This document shows positions 11,732-21,686 of a stretch of 64,000 nt of DNA, piece by piece (position 1 is the first letter of the stretch; each line of letters opens with the position of its first letter). Under the pieces are notes generated by a model. That model was not told the origin of the DNA. It made no database searches and saw only the letters and a program-made list of their open reading frames with translations. Location: the NCBI RefSeq assembly GCF_021869535.1, contig NW_026262690.1:112282001-112346000 (forward strand). Reading direction: 5' to 3'. Made by a program: the position numbers and the translations under genes. The DNA comes from Mytilus californianus (lineage: Eukaryota).

Positions 11732-14709
11732 TACACTCTATCCACGGATACATTTGATCCATTGCACTCGACAGCTACTTTTACTGCTGGCGCTACAGCT
11801 TCCTGTGTTCGAACAGAGCAACCACTGGAGTCGTTTTTTACTTCTGAACTATTTACCTTATTTGGGACCGCAGCTAACGGTATCACATTATCAATTGTCA
11901 TGAAATCCTTCCAACTCTCATGAACCCTAACACAATACTTACATCCACCACATGGTAAAGATTCTGGATTCACCAAAATCGACATCTCAGGGCAAGGTTT
12001 TACAACATTGAGTCGAGACAAAGCATCCGCGTTAACGTGTTGTCTTCCTGGGCGATGTTGGATTTTCATATGATATTGGCTTAAAACTTTAAGCCAACGC
12101 GCTAGTTGCCCTTGTGGCTCTTTAAAACTGATTAGCCACTGTAAACTACTGTGATCTGATCTAACAATGAATTCACGACTTAACAAATAGTGTCTGAAAT
12201 GTTGTGTGAATCTTACTACTGCTAACAATTCTTTTCGTGTTGTGCAATATCTACGCTGTGCAGGTGACAATGTGAAGCTTCCATAGGCAATAACCCGTTC
12301 AATACCATCTTGCACTTGCAATAACTCAGCTCCTATGGCCATGTCAGAGGCATCAGTATTCAAAATGAACTTGTCAGTTGAGTTTGGTAACGTTAACAGT
12401 GGTGTGGTTTGTAACGCACTTTTCAACGCGTCATACGCCTCTTGTTGATTTTTCTCCCATCTAAACGGTTTTTTCCCTGTTATCTCTGTCAATGGTTTGG
12501 CCATTTTGGAGTACCCTTTGATAAAATTCCGATGGTAATTGACAAAACCTAGAAACTGCTCTTCCGTGTTACTCGGTTTTTTCCAATTTTTTATCACTTG
12601 CACATACTCTTCACCAATTGCCATTCCTTGTTGGTTTACTGTTCTACCTAAAAGACTTACTTCTCTTTTGCACAAATCACATTTTCGTGGTTTTAACTTT
12701 ATTCCGTATTCACGGAAGCGTTCAAACACAGCTCTTAAATTTTCGATGTGATCATTGAAGTTTCTCTCCATGACAAGAATATCGTCCAAAAAACACAGTA
12801 CAATTTGCCAAGTAAGACCCCGCAATACTAAGTCCATAGCACGTGCAAACGTGAATGGAGCATTGCATAGCCCGAAACTCATACGCGTGAACTGAAACAG
12901 CCCGTATTGTGTTATGAAAGCGGTTTTAGGTTGATCTTCCTTTGCCACATTCACCTGCCAATACGCGCTATTTGCGTCCAATTTTGAAAACAACTCATTT
13001 CCGGCGAGTGTATCGAGACATTCCTCTATCAAGGGTAGCGGATACACTTCTTTTTTCGTTACGGAGTTGAGTTTCCTATAATCAATCGCGTATCGAACCT
13101 TACCATCTGATTTTCTTATCAAAACTGGAGCCGACGCCCACTCTGATACACTTGGCTCAATCACGCCCGATTTTAACATTTTGGATAATTGCTGTTTTTC
13201 TTCTTCAACAAACTGCAATGGTGTTCTTCGAATTCGTTGTTTGATAGGTTGTGCTTGTCCCGTGTCGATACCATGTTCTACTCCTCTGAATTTACCTATG
13301 TCAAATTCATCCTTTGAAAATATGTCGGTGTATTCTGACAAAAGCGCCTCTAACTGCTGTCTTTCGTCTTCGGATAAATTCACACTTGAGCTTTCCAATA
13401 ATTGTCTCAATGGAGTAGATAATTCCATCTGTATTCCATCCGTTACTTCTGTTATTTGATTCATCGACACACCGGGTTCAATTTCACTGACCACTTCCGC
13501 CTTGGCTATCACAGAATTTCTCTTAAGTGTATAGTATCTATCACTTGCGTTAACTAAACAAATACTTGGTTGATCCTGATATTTATACAGACATCTTAGA
13601 ATTAAAATTGGCAACTTCTCATTACAAGGTTCAATAATGTAATTATCCAGTTTGTTTTCTAATTTAGCATTACTATGCATAACTGAATGAGGTGGGACGA
13701 CAGTCCTCTTTTTGATTACAACTTTTGATACAACAGGAATACTTTGTTTTGGTCCAGGGGACATTTCTAAAATTTCTCCTATATTGAAAGTGAGCTTTTC
13801 AAGGTCAACAGTCACACCATACGCCACCATAAAGTTTAAGCCCAGTAACATCTCATCTTCAATTGGGGCCACATACACATCTGTTTCATAAAGTTTTGTA
13901 CCAATCCTCAAGCTAACTGGACCCACTACAAAGGTCTTCATTTTCATGCCCCGGCCGGCAGCATGCATAACCGTCTCTCTCAAAGTCGTTGGTTTCTTCT
14001 TGAGCGATTCAAACACTTTATCTGAAATAATAGTGACTTCCGCAGCTGTGTCTACAGCTGCTACCAACGGTGTATCTCCTAATTCTAAGCTCAGTCTCAA
14101 AAGAGACGAGTTACCTAGTAACTGCATGGTAGTGAACGTCCTCTCAGAACCATCAGTAACTGTCTTTTCTACATTGAAATGTCCCACGGGGTTTTCTATG
14201 GTTAGTTCTGTTGCTGGTTGGACCGTGGTTAACGGTATTTTCACCATAGGTCTTTTGTTATCTACCCCTGAGTCTAATTCCTTCTTATCCTGGATAGACA
14301 ACGACACCTTGTCGAACCCCTCTTCCTTTAATAACTTAGCCTTACCTGCACTTTTCGGCTGTATTTGATCTTTTTCCTGTGTATCCTGCTCCTTAATACT
14401 ATTTTCCGTACTTTGTTCCTCTGTACTAGTTTTTTCCATATAATTGCCAACTTTATTTTCAAAATTCTTATTCTCACTTGCGTCACACACATTTTTTCCA
14501 CACACTGTTGTATCGGTGTCAACATTGTTAAATGTTGTTTGGTTTGCTGAAACATCTTTATTTAATTTATCACTCTGAACATCGCTAAATGTTTTTCCTG
14601 TGTCAACGTCGTTAAATGTTGTTTTGTTTAAATTAGCATTTTTATTTTGGCGATTTTTAACAGTGCGGGACGGACCAACGCCTATTTGACCGACCCTTCT
14701 GCGTTTAAA
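11731..14709 (-). CDS. pol: Gypsy Pol: aspartic protease, reverse transcriptase, RNase H
   Basis: AAVDTAAEVTII; IDYRKLN, YPLPLI, FGLCNAP, FLDD; DASDMAIGAELLQ, SDHSSL, NADALSR. The frame stays open upstream of the listed start back to the slippery site. Confidence 0.96.
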   Translation of the reverse strand, partial: FKRRRVGQIGVGPSRTVKNRQNKNANLNKTTFNDVDTGKTFSDVQSDKLNKDVSANQTTFNNVDTDTTVCGKNVCDASENKNFENKVGNYMEKTSTEEQSTENSIKEQDTQEKDQIQPKSAGKAKLLKEEGFDKVSLSIQDKKELDSGVDNKRPMVKIPLTTVQPATELTIENPVGHFNVEKTVTDGSERTFTTMQLLGNSSLLRLSLELGDTPLVAAVDTAAEVTIISDKVFESLKKKPTTLRETVMHAAGRGMKMKTFVVGPVSLRIGTKLYETDVYVAPIEDEMLLGLNFMVAYGVTVDLEKLTFNIGEILEMSPGPKQSIPVVSKVVIKKRTVVPPHSVMHSNAKLENKLDNYIIEPCNEKLPILILRCLYKYQDQPSICLVNASDRYYTLKRNSVIAKAEVVSEIEPGVSMNQITEVTDGIQMELSTPLRQLLESSSVNLSEDERQQLEALLSEYTDIFSKDEFDIGKFRGVEHGIDTGQAQPIKQRIRRTPLQFVEEEKQQLSKMLKSGVIEPSVSEWASAPVLIRKSDGKVRYAIDYRKLNSVTKKEVYPLPLIEECLDTLAGNELFSKLDANSAYWQVNVAKEDQPKTAFITQYGLFQFTRMSFGLCNAPFTFARAMDLVLRGLTWQIVLCFLDDILVMERNFNDHIENLRAVFERFREYGIKLKPRKCDLCKREVSLLGRTVNQQGMAIGEEYVQVIKNWKKPSNTEEQFLGFVNYHRNFIKGYSKMAKPLTEITGKKPFRWEKNQQEAYDALKSALQTTPLLTLPNSTDKFILNTDASDMAIGAELLQVQDGIERVIAYGSFTLSPAQRRYCTTRKELLAVVRFTQHFRHYLLSREFIVRSDHSSLQWLISFKEPQGQLARWLKVLSQYHMKIQHRPGRQHVNADALSRLNVVKPCPEMSILVNPESLPCGGCKYCVRVHESWKDFMTIDNVIPLAAVPNKVNSSEVKNDSSGCSVRTQEAVAPAVKVAVECNGSNVSVDRV

Positions 14710-15785
14710 TCCTGAGTGGGTGTTGCTTTAGCATTAGGACAAAATTTTGCAATATGCCCCAGCTCATGGCAATTGTAGCACTCCCAAGTGGATCTATCTT
14801 TCCTCTGATTTTGTCTTGGTCTGTAATCAGTCCTACCTTGATTAGTATAACCTCTCTTTATTTCGGACATTGTATCTTTCATGGATTCCATTTCATCTTT
14901 CCATTTTCTTTCCATTCCTCTCATTTCGGACTGTACCGCCTGGATGTTTTTATCTACCCGATTTTGCACCTCCCCAATATTTGACTGAATGGTCTTCAAA
15001 TTTCGGTCTACATTTTCAGTCAATCTATCAATGCTGTTCACCAGTTGCTGTTGGGAATCTATTTTGACATTGTTGACCTGGATTACATCCTCACAATTTT
15101 CACTGTTTGGCTCTTGGCTATCCCGTGTAGTACGGGTACGGACATTATTACCAAAAACCGCTTTGTCATTGTACTGTTGCCATTTTATGCGTTCCAGTGC
15201 CTCGTCCACTGACTTTGGTCGAAACGATGCAGCTGTACTTCCTGAATTTTTATCCTCACATCCACGGCACAATTTTGTTATGACCTCACTTGTCATAAAT
15301 TCCTCTGGTAAGTCTCCGAAAGCTTTATCTGCCAAACTGAGTAATCGCTCTGCCCAATCGTCTAAATCTTCTCCTGGTGACTCTCGAGCACTTTGAAACT
15401 GTATGCGGACTGTTTCTGTCAGTTTCCTCAAATTGAATCTTTTCTCCATGCATTTAACAAGTTCAGCATATGAAATGTTCTTATTACGCCTAACGCGCCC
15501 CAGGCAAAATCTTGCTGCATTCCCTGTTACAGCCCAACACAGATGTGCCCGTTTATCTTCTTCGCTTAGTCCTGACATCTCGGCATACATTTCAAACTTC
15601 TCCAAAAACGATACCAAATCATCTCCTGTCTCTGTTCCATCATATTTCAATGATTTCAATGGTGTTGTGGAAGCTTTGTTTGTAACTACTGGTCGTGATG
15701 TATTAGACGGAGTAGTCGGCACCTGTATTTGGCTTGGCTGAGAAAATCCAGCTCCATAACCATATGGCTGGTCCATAGCTGTCAT
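14682..15785 (-). CDS. gag: Gag C-terminal part (capsid-like region, CCHC zinc knuckle)
   Basis: YDGTE..FLEKFEMYAE capsid-like segment and CYNCHELGHIAKFC knuckle (14739-14780). Confidence 0.9.
   Translation of the reverse strand: MTAMDQPYGYGAGFSQPSQIQVPTTPSNTSRPVVTNKASTTPLKSLKYDGTETGDDLVSFLEKFEMYAEMSGLSEEDKRAHLCWAVTGNAARFCLGRVRRNKNISYAELVKCMEKRFNLRKLTETVRIQFQSARESPGEDLDDWAERLLSLADKAFGDLPEEFMTSEVITKLCRGCEDKNSGSTAASFRPKSVDEALERIKWQQYNDKAVFGNNVRTRTTRDSQEPNSENCEDVIQVNNVKIDSQQQLVNSIDRLTENVDRNLKTIQSNIGEVQNRVDKNIQAVQSEMRGMERKWKDEMESMKDTMSEIKRGYTNQGRTDYRPRQNQRKDRSTWECYNCHELGHIAKFCPNAKATPTQDLNAEGSVK
14703..14709 (-). promoter_or_regulatory. Putative -1 ribosomal frameshift heptamer U UUA AAC
   Basis: In gag framing (gaT TTA AAC). 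The pol frame is -1 and overlaps here, and a GC-rich imperfect hairpin begins 6 nt downstream. Confidence 0.8.
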
Positions 15786-16668
15786 GGTTGGAACTGCTGA
15801 ATACTGACTCCTTGGTTGTGTTGTAAATAGGTACAGTAGATATTGGCCTTTGTGTACTCCAGGCTGTATGTGTGCTTGGCATTCTATTCATAGTTGGTCC
15901 TGCATACACATTATTCCTTGCCGGAGCAGAACTAGCTACTATTGGGACCATAAACTTTTGTTGTGGTATAAACTGTGGGTGTGCGACAGGGCGCTTTGTT
16001 GTATGTCCCACTTTAAGTTTTCTCTGTGCAATCTCTATGCTCATCACTTTTGGCTTGAATAACATGGAGTTGTACGGTTTGGTGTCTTGCGCACTCACTT
16101 GAATATTTTCTACACTTGGGTAACTTGGTCCAGGAGCCACCTGCTCTGTCCTTATTAAACTAGTAGGGATTTCGCCCGTTGTCACGGGTTTGTACACATT
16201 CTCAAATTTAATTTTCTTCTCTTTCAATTCTTGCCCCAGATGCATGGGTGGGTATTGAAAACTAAAGTCAGTTGGAGGCAGCAAGGGCTCACTTTTTGGG
16301 ATTATAGTCTGCTGTTCACTCTGTTGTGTGTCCTCCTCCTCCTCGTCGAACTCATCCTGATCCTCCTCAGAAAAAATAGTGCACTTATCATCAAAATCCT
16401 CCAAATTGTCCTCCAAATTATCCTCAACTTGGTCCACAAATTTATAGCCACTTAACGGTGTATAATCTATCAACTCGTGAATTATATCCATACGGATACG
16501 AGGTATCGTCACTAAATTTTCAGGTGTTATATCACCTTGTTTTCTTAAATCCCATATACGGTCTGCGGTTGTATGACCCACGGACGGTATTGACAACAAG
16601 TCATCATACCCACAAAAATTAATGCACACTTTTTCCATATTAACGTGTTCACCTTCTAAATACGACAT
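15703..16668 (-). CDS. gag: Gag N-terminal part with ComEA-like helix-hairpin-helix, then acidic and Pro-rich linker
   Basis: INFCGYDDLLSIPSVGHTTADRIWDLRKQGDITPENLVTIPRI resembles the ComEA pattern INTASAEEL..LPGIGPKKA..II.YR. Overlaps the next gag frame. Confidence 0.75.
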   Translation of the reverse strand: MSYLEGEHVNMEKVCINFCGYDDLLSIPSVGHTTADRIWDLRKQGDITPENLVTIPRIRMDIIHELIDYTPLSGYKFVDQVEDNLEDNLEDFDDKCTIFSEEDQDEFDEEEEDTQQSEQQTIIPKSEPLLPPTDFSFQYPPMHLGQELKEKKIKFENVYKPVTTGEIPTSLIRTEQVAPGPSYPSVENIQVSAQDTKPYNSMLFKPKVMSIEIAQRKLKVGHTTKRPVAHPQFIPQQKFMVPIVASSAPARNNVYAGPTMNRMPSTHTAWSTQRPISTVPIYNTTKESVFSSSNHDSYGPAIWLWSWIFSAKPNTGADYSV

Positions 16669-16819
16669 TGCGAACTGAATTTATTATCCCAAAAACACAC
16701 TAAAAACTCAACACTTGTTTTATTATGCAATCTTTAATAAAATTCACACAATAGTCCTTCACCTGTTCTTGGGTTTGAAAATCTAACAAATTTCACTCAC
16801 TAAAATTTTCAAAGTAAAA

Positions 16820-16975
16820 AAATTGTTCTCTGAACACTTGTTTAAAAAAATTGTAAATTGTTCTCTGAACACTTGTTTTTTTCAAATTAATAAATTGTTC
16901 ACAACACACACTTGTTTATACCAAAAGAAAAATTTATTTAATTTTTTACTAAATTGTTCTCTGAACACTTGTTTC
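16820..16975. repeat. Four copies of a ~24-bp motif in the Gypsy 5' UTR
   Basis: 'aaattgttctctgaacacttgttt' at about 16820, 16855, 16892 (diverged) and 16951. Confidence 0.85.
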
Positions 16976-17267
16976 TTTTTTCAAATTATGCCTAATATGA
17001 CCGATTTACCGGTAAAATGGCTAAACTGACCGGAATTTGGCGAAAAGTGGTGAAACGTCTCGGAACTTTTTGAAATTTTTCAAAAACTTTTCAAATTTGC
17101 AAAAAACTACTTACAATTCAGTGAAAATATTATTCCCATTCACATTTATCCTTAAAATTTGAATTTCACACCACAAATCCTTTTACACTGTCATAAACGT
17201 GTATTCCCGTTTTCGAACTACTTTTTTTCTGCACTGTCCCTTTGAATCGCTTTTTTCAACACTTAAA

Positions 17268-17285
17268 CCCAGCGAGCAGCCGCCA
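17268..17285 (-). promoter_or_regulatory. Primer-binding site (tRNA unassigned)
   Basis: TGGCGGCTGCTCGCTGGG starts 2 nt (AA) after the CA of the 5' LTR. Confidence 0.8.
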
Positions 17286-17287
17286 TT

Positions 17288-17534
17288 TGATGTATATTTA
17301 AGCTTACTTACCAATATTGCTGTGATAGTCAGGCTCGAGGTTCAGGTTTAAGTGGAAACACTAACTAATCTTATTATTGCACTCTGATTCTCTCTTGGCA
17401 CTTGTCTGCTACTTGTCGATCACACGAGGTAGATCCATCCGCACACACACACAATTCTAGTCTATTCTCGTCCCTGGTTCTCTCTATGTCCGTCCTGGTC
17501 ATGTCATACCGTAAGAGTTACCTAACTTACTACA
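17288..17534 (-). repeat. 5' LTR (247 bp)
   Basis: Near-identical to 6951-7195. Confidence 0.97.
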
Positions 17535-20500
17535 TCACGTATATACATTCTAAGTTGTATGTTCCATTGACAGAGTTCCCAGTGTGTGAAACCATAACAT
17601 TTATTAATCACAGAAATAGCTGATGAGTTTTCTAATTCATCTAGTACATTTCTTTCTTTTAATGCTAGATTAAGGGCTGGTATCGCAAAGAACTTTCTCA
17701 GAAGATATATTACTAATAGATGTAGAGAATAAGAACAAAAACAGAGGTATCTAGTATCAAGTAGTTCCATTGTAGTCTCATTTGATAACACTGACAAACA
17801 CCCGGCTTTCTCTGTAGGATGTGCTGGATAAGATAGAAGTGAGTTCCATGGAACCACCATTCAGACTGTGGTTCCAAAGCCCAGTCAACAAATTGTTATG
17901 TTTGATGACTACCATACTATTTCACATTTTGTTCAGACCGACGTATCTGAAGTTAAAAATACGAGAGACCGTAAACTGGAAAAAGACATTATTCAAAAAC
18001 TTGTGAACCCAGACATGTATGGATTCCCACCAATAAAAAAAAAAATTTCCTAACCGGTCACCCTCAGATTTAAATGAAACACCTGCAGAAATTTCAAAAT
18101 CGGATGAATTTTATACAAATGTAACAAAGTATGGATTTTTCCAAAAAAAAATTTCAAAAAAGAAAATAGTGTTTTACAAGGTATTAAGACTTTTTTTTCT
18201 ATTCCAGTTGAAACCAGATTAGTGGCCATTTTGGATGAAACAGCAGACAGCAAAGAAACATTATTAAAGGTTTTGAATATTTTAAATGATAAATTTCAAG
18301 TTGGTCAGGTGACTAATTACAATGTATGTTGTTGTTGTAGGTGACGGGAAAAGCTACGATCATTTCAACATTTGATCAAACCTAAATCGGAATATGAGAA
18401 GATCATGGACTGGGTAATTGCCTATCCTGGGGATTGGCATATGGGTCATTTTTACAAATGTCGAATTTTGAAATGCAAAATTGAATTAAAGTTACTTATT
18501 CAAACAACCCTCTTAACAACCAAATCAAAACAAACAGTACTTATGGAACAACTTATAAAAAGATACAATCTTGATAATGTCATACAAGAATATATTCAAA
18601 CATTTTTTGATAGGTGGTGCAAAATGTTGGCTCTTCTGTTACCATGTTCAAAAGAAATTTCGGGTTATTTAGAAAAGGTTTCGATAAAATTTTAAGCTTG
18701 GTTTTTATAGCCAATAGAATGGTTTTCGAGAGTAAAAAATTCTATATATTTTCATTCTGTTTAATGATAGATTATTTGTCAATTTTTCATGTTGTACTGG
18801 AAAATATACCTCTAAAAATTGGTTTTCAAAGGTTATAAAAATAACCACCAGTAATGCAAGTCTAAGATAGTAATTCATAGTGTTCTGCATTTTTTTTTCT
18901 CTTTCTAATAAACCCAACATCAAGTAATTCCCTCGCATTTTAGTTTACTTGTGTCTTCTTTTTTTTGGTTACAGGAACGTACGTTAACGATATAACACCA
19001 TATTAAGTTCTATCCTGTTACCCTTTTTGTCTATCCTGTAACCGATAGGAGTATTGCATTTGTATACATATACTAAAAATGCTTTTCCTATATTTGTCGA
19101 TATTTATTTTGATGCCGGATTGAAGCAGCTTGCTACTAAACATCCCAATGGAACTACGTTAAATGTTTTAACTGAGTGTAGCAAATTTGCAATAACTCAT
19201 AGGTTTTTTATATACAAGCTTGGGGAGCAGTTATGAGACATCAAGTGAAATCTTTTTTTTAATATAAATCATGTGAGGCACCTTATGACATCCAAATTTC
19301 AAATTTAATATTTGATATTATTTCAAATATGTCATTTGATGAGAGAGAAGTTGATGTTTGTAAAACTGATGTCTGGGAGAAGGTATGTGAGAAGAAAAAT
19401 GAGATTTTTACTTTTTTACAGATGAGTTATTGGCAGAGTATAAAACTTGGCGTTATGAGAACTCCTCAGTCAACCAAATATTTACTTTTTGACAATGTCA
19501 TACATTTAGATTTTATGGCTTATCTTGGTTTGTTTTATCTATACGTAGTAGAAACTGGTTATTACGTAATGTGTCTTTGTAAAAATGAACTGTCTATTTC
19601 ATGCTTTTGATGGGAAAATACATAACATAACCTTAACTCAGAATTATAGCTTGAAAGGGAAGAATGTTTACATCAGACAAAAGGTAAAATGCCTTATGTT
19701 AAAAATGCAGAAAAAACCGTTTGTGAATATATATCCAATTTACAAACATCATCTCTGTTTGTCATAAACTATAATGAAACATTACATCATATCTTTACTA
19801 GAACTGAGACTGACAACGAACATACAGACAGCTTGACAAATTACAGACAGTATGGCGAGGATGACTTGGCAAATTAAGTAAAATACTTTTAATTAAAAAG
19901 TTGTGAAACAGCAGGAAAGCCTCCCCCAGAAAAAAAAGAAAAAAAAAGAAAAACCTTTTCCCCTATTGAATTAACTCTTCACAAGAAAAAAAACCCCCAA
20001 AAATCAAAGATCAAACTACAGTGATTTCTTGTTTGAGGAAAAGATTGCATTTTCTAAGCATAGTGGTAACGCAGTCAAGGATTTGGACCAGTTTTTACAG
20101 CTTTTTTATCACAGGTACCTAAAGATTCACTTACAAGTAGAACTACTGTCATTAATGATGGTATGTTTATCACCAATACCAGTCCACTTCCCTCACATAT
20201 GACCTTTGGTGATTATGGTGATTTTCTTTTTAATAGATGGATTGTTAATTATTAGATTCAGTACACAGCAAATTAGGTTCATTTACTATTCGATGATCAA
20301 TATAGGAATGGTGTTAGCCCAAAAGACATTAAAAAAACCAGGAGGAATACAGTCATACAGGAACCAGTTGTACATGTACGTACATGTATTTCCTCCGACA
20401 CACCATTGCTATCAAACTCGCGAAATTTTATTGCAGTTCGCCGTCAAAAGCGAATTTTGGTTAATTTTCTGTCTTAATACTTTTTTTCTTTATCATCGAA

Positions 20501-21353
20501 AATTTTCTCTTCTAACCAGTGTTCTTTTGTTACAGCTGGAGGATTTGATGATGACAAAAAAGACAGAGCAGTTTCTGAGAAGGAATATGACGGTTGTTTT
20601 TCATTCGTTTGATGTGTTTGAGCTTTTGATTTTGCCATTTGATAACAGACTTATCGTTTTGAATCTTCCTTGGAGTTCGGTAATTTTGTTATTTTACTTT
20701 TTTCCATATTAAATGGTCAAGTTGAAGATTATGTATTGGCATCTGGTAATCATGGAGAGGCTAAGACAAGAGTATGGTTACATGCAGTAGTTACAACAGC
20801 AGATCAAGTCATAATCTACACCCCCGATACTGATGTTTTTTAAAGGGTTTCCACTTGTACCTAATTTAAATAAAACTGTATAAGTTGAGAGACTCACCTT
20901 ACAACAATTCATTTCTTTCTATGAACAAACTTGTAAAGTGTATTATTCTGAACGATTCACTTTAACAGGGAATTGCGAGTGTTTTGACATGTACTCAGTT
21001 ACTTTTTATCTATAGTGGATGCGATTGTGTGTCATATTTCAGAGGTGGTGGTGAGAAGACCTTTTTTGATGTATTTAGAAAACATGCCTCTTGATTGTAG
21101 GTAACGGAAGCTTTGCAGATGTTCATTAAATCAACACATACAGAGCCAAAATTGAAAATTCATTCCCGATTTCGCAGATCTAAAACGTCATTTTGTGTAG
21201 TCTAAATCACGTGATCAGAAACGTCAAGTGGAGTTCTCCTGTGTCGGTGGCATCCCGGATGATATGGAAATATATTTCAAAATAACATGTGTTAAATCAT
21301 TGTGCATAAGCTGTGTCATTAAGTCATTCTGTTATGTTTGTTAATGGAATGGA
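17535..21353 (+). pseudogene. Unit 1 (right part) of a decayed large-ORF element with FEN1/XPG-like nuclease motifs
   Basis: Broken frames give DNTD..FHGTT, GDGKSY..YPGDWH|ILKN..YFDAGL, IRSRNWLLR..FHAFD, GNHGEAKTRVWLH..PDTDV (20745) and SGCDCVSYFRGGGEKTF (21014). Confidence 0.7.
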
Positions 21354-21686
21354 AATCTGTCTGGGCAGAGCGCTATCATATTATGTCCCAAAGAACTTTT
21401 TTAGGGAGAATGATTTACAGGAATGGTACAGATATTTTTGGTTGTTTGCGCTAAGTTGTTGTAGAATATCAGAAATATATTGATGAAAACAAATGATTGA
21501 AAAAAGAAAACATAATTCAAGCAGAAAAAATAGCATCTACTGTATCAGCAGAAAGTAGAAAAAAAAACCTCTTGTGTCAGTGGCATCCCGGATGATATGG
21601 AAACATATTTCAAAATAACGTGTGTTAAATCATTGTGCATAAGCTGTGTCATTAAGTCATTCTGTTATGTTTGTTAATGGAATGGA
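21354..21686 (+). repeat. ~332-bp local tandem duplication spanning the unit junction
   Basis: 21238-21570 is repeated at 21570-21900. Confidence 0.9.

Larger units (their letters stand above)
6951..17534 (-). mobile_element. Full-length Ty3/Gypsy LTR retrotransposon with extra TatD-encoding ORF
   Basis: Two LTRs with TG...CA ends, TSD TCAC (6947-6950 and 17535-17538), PBS, PPT, gag, and PR-RT-RH-INT order. Confidence 0.97.

Noticed and set aside
8609-16455. Plus-strand ORFs overlapping the Gypsy genes (e.g. 8640-8978, 13946-14368, 14989-15396, 15403-15741)
   Set aside because: They are antisense shadows of long minus-strand coding frames, with no recognisable motifs.
16820-16975. CRISPR-like spaced repeats
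   Set aside because: Only four irregular copies with low-complexity spacers, no cas genes, and a eukaryotic retroelement leader context.
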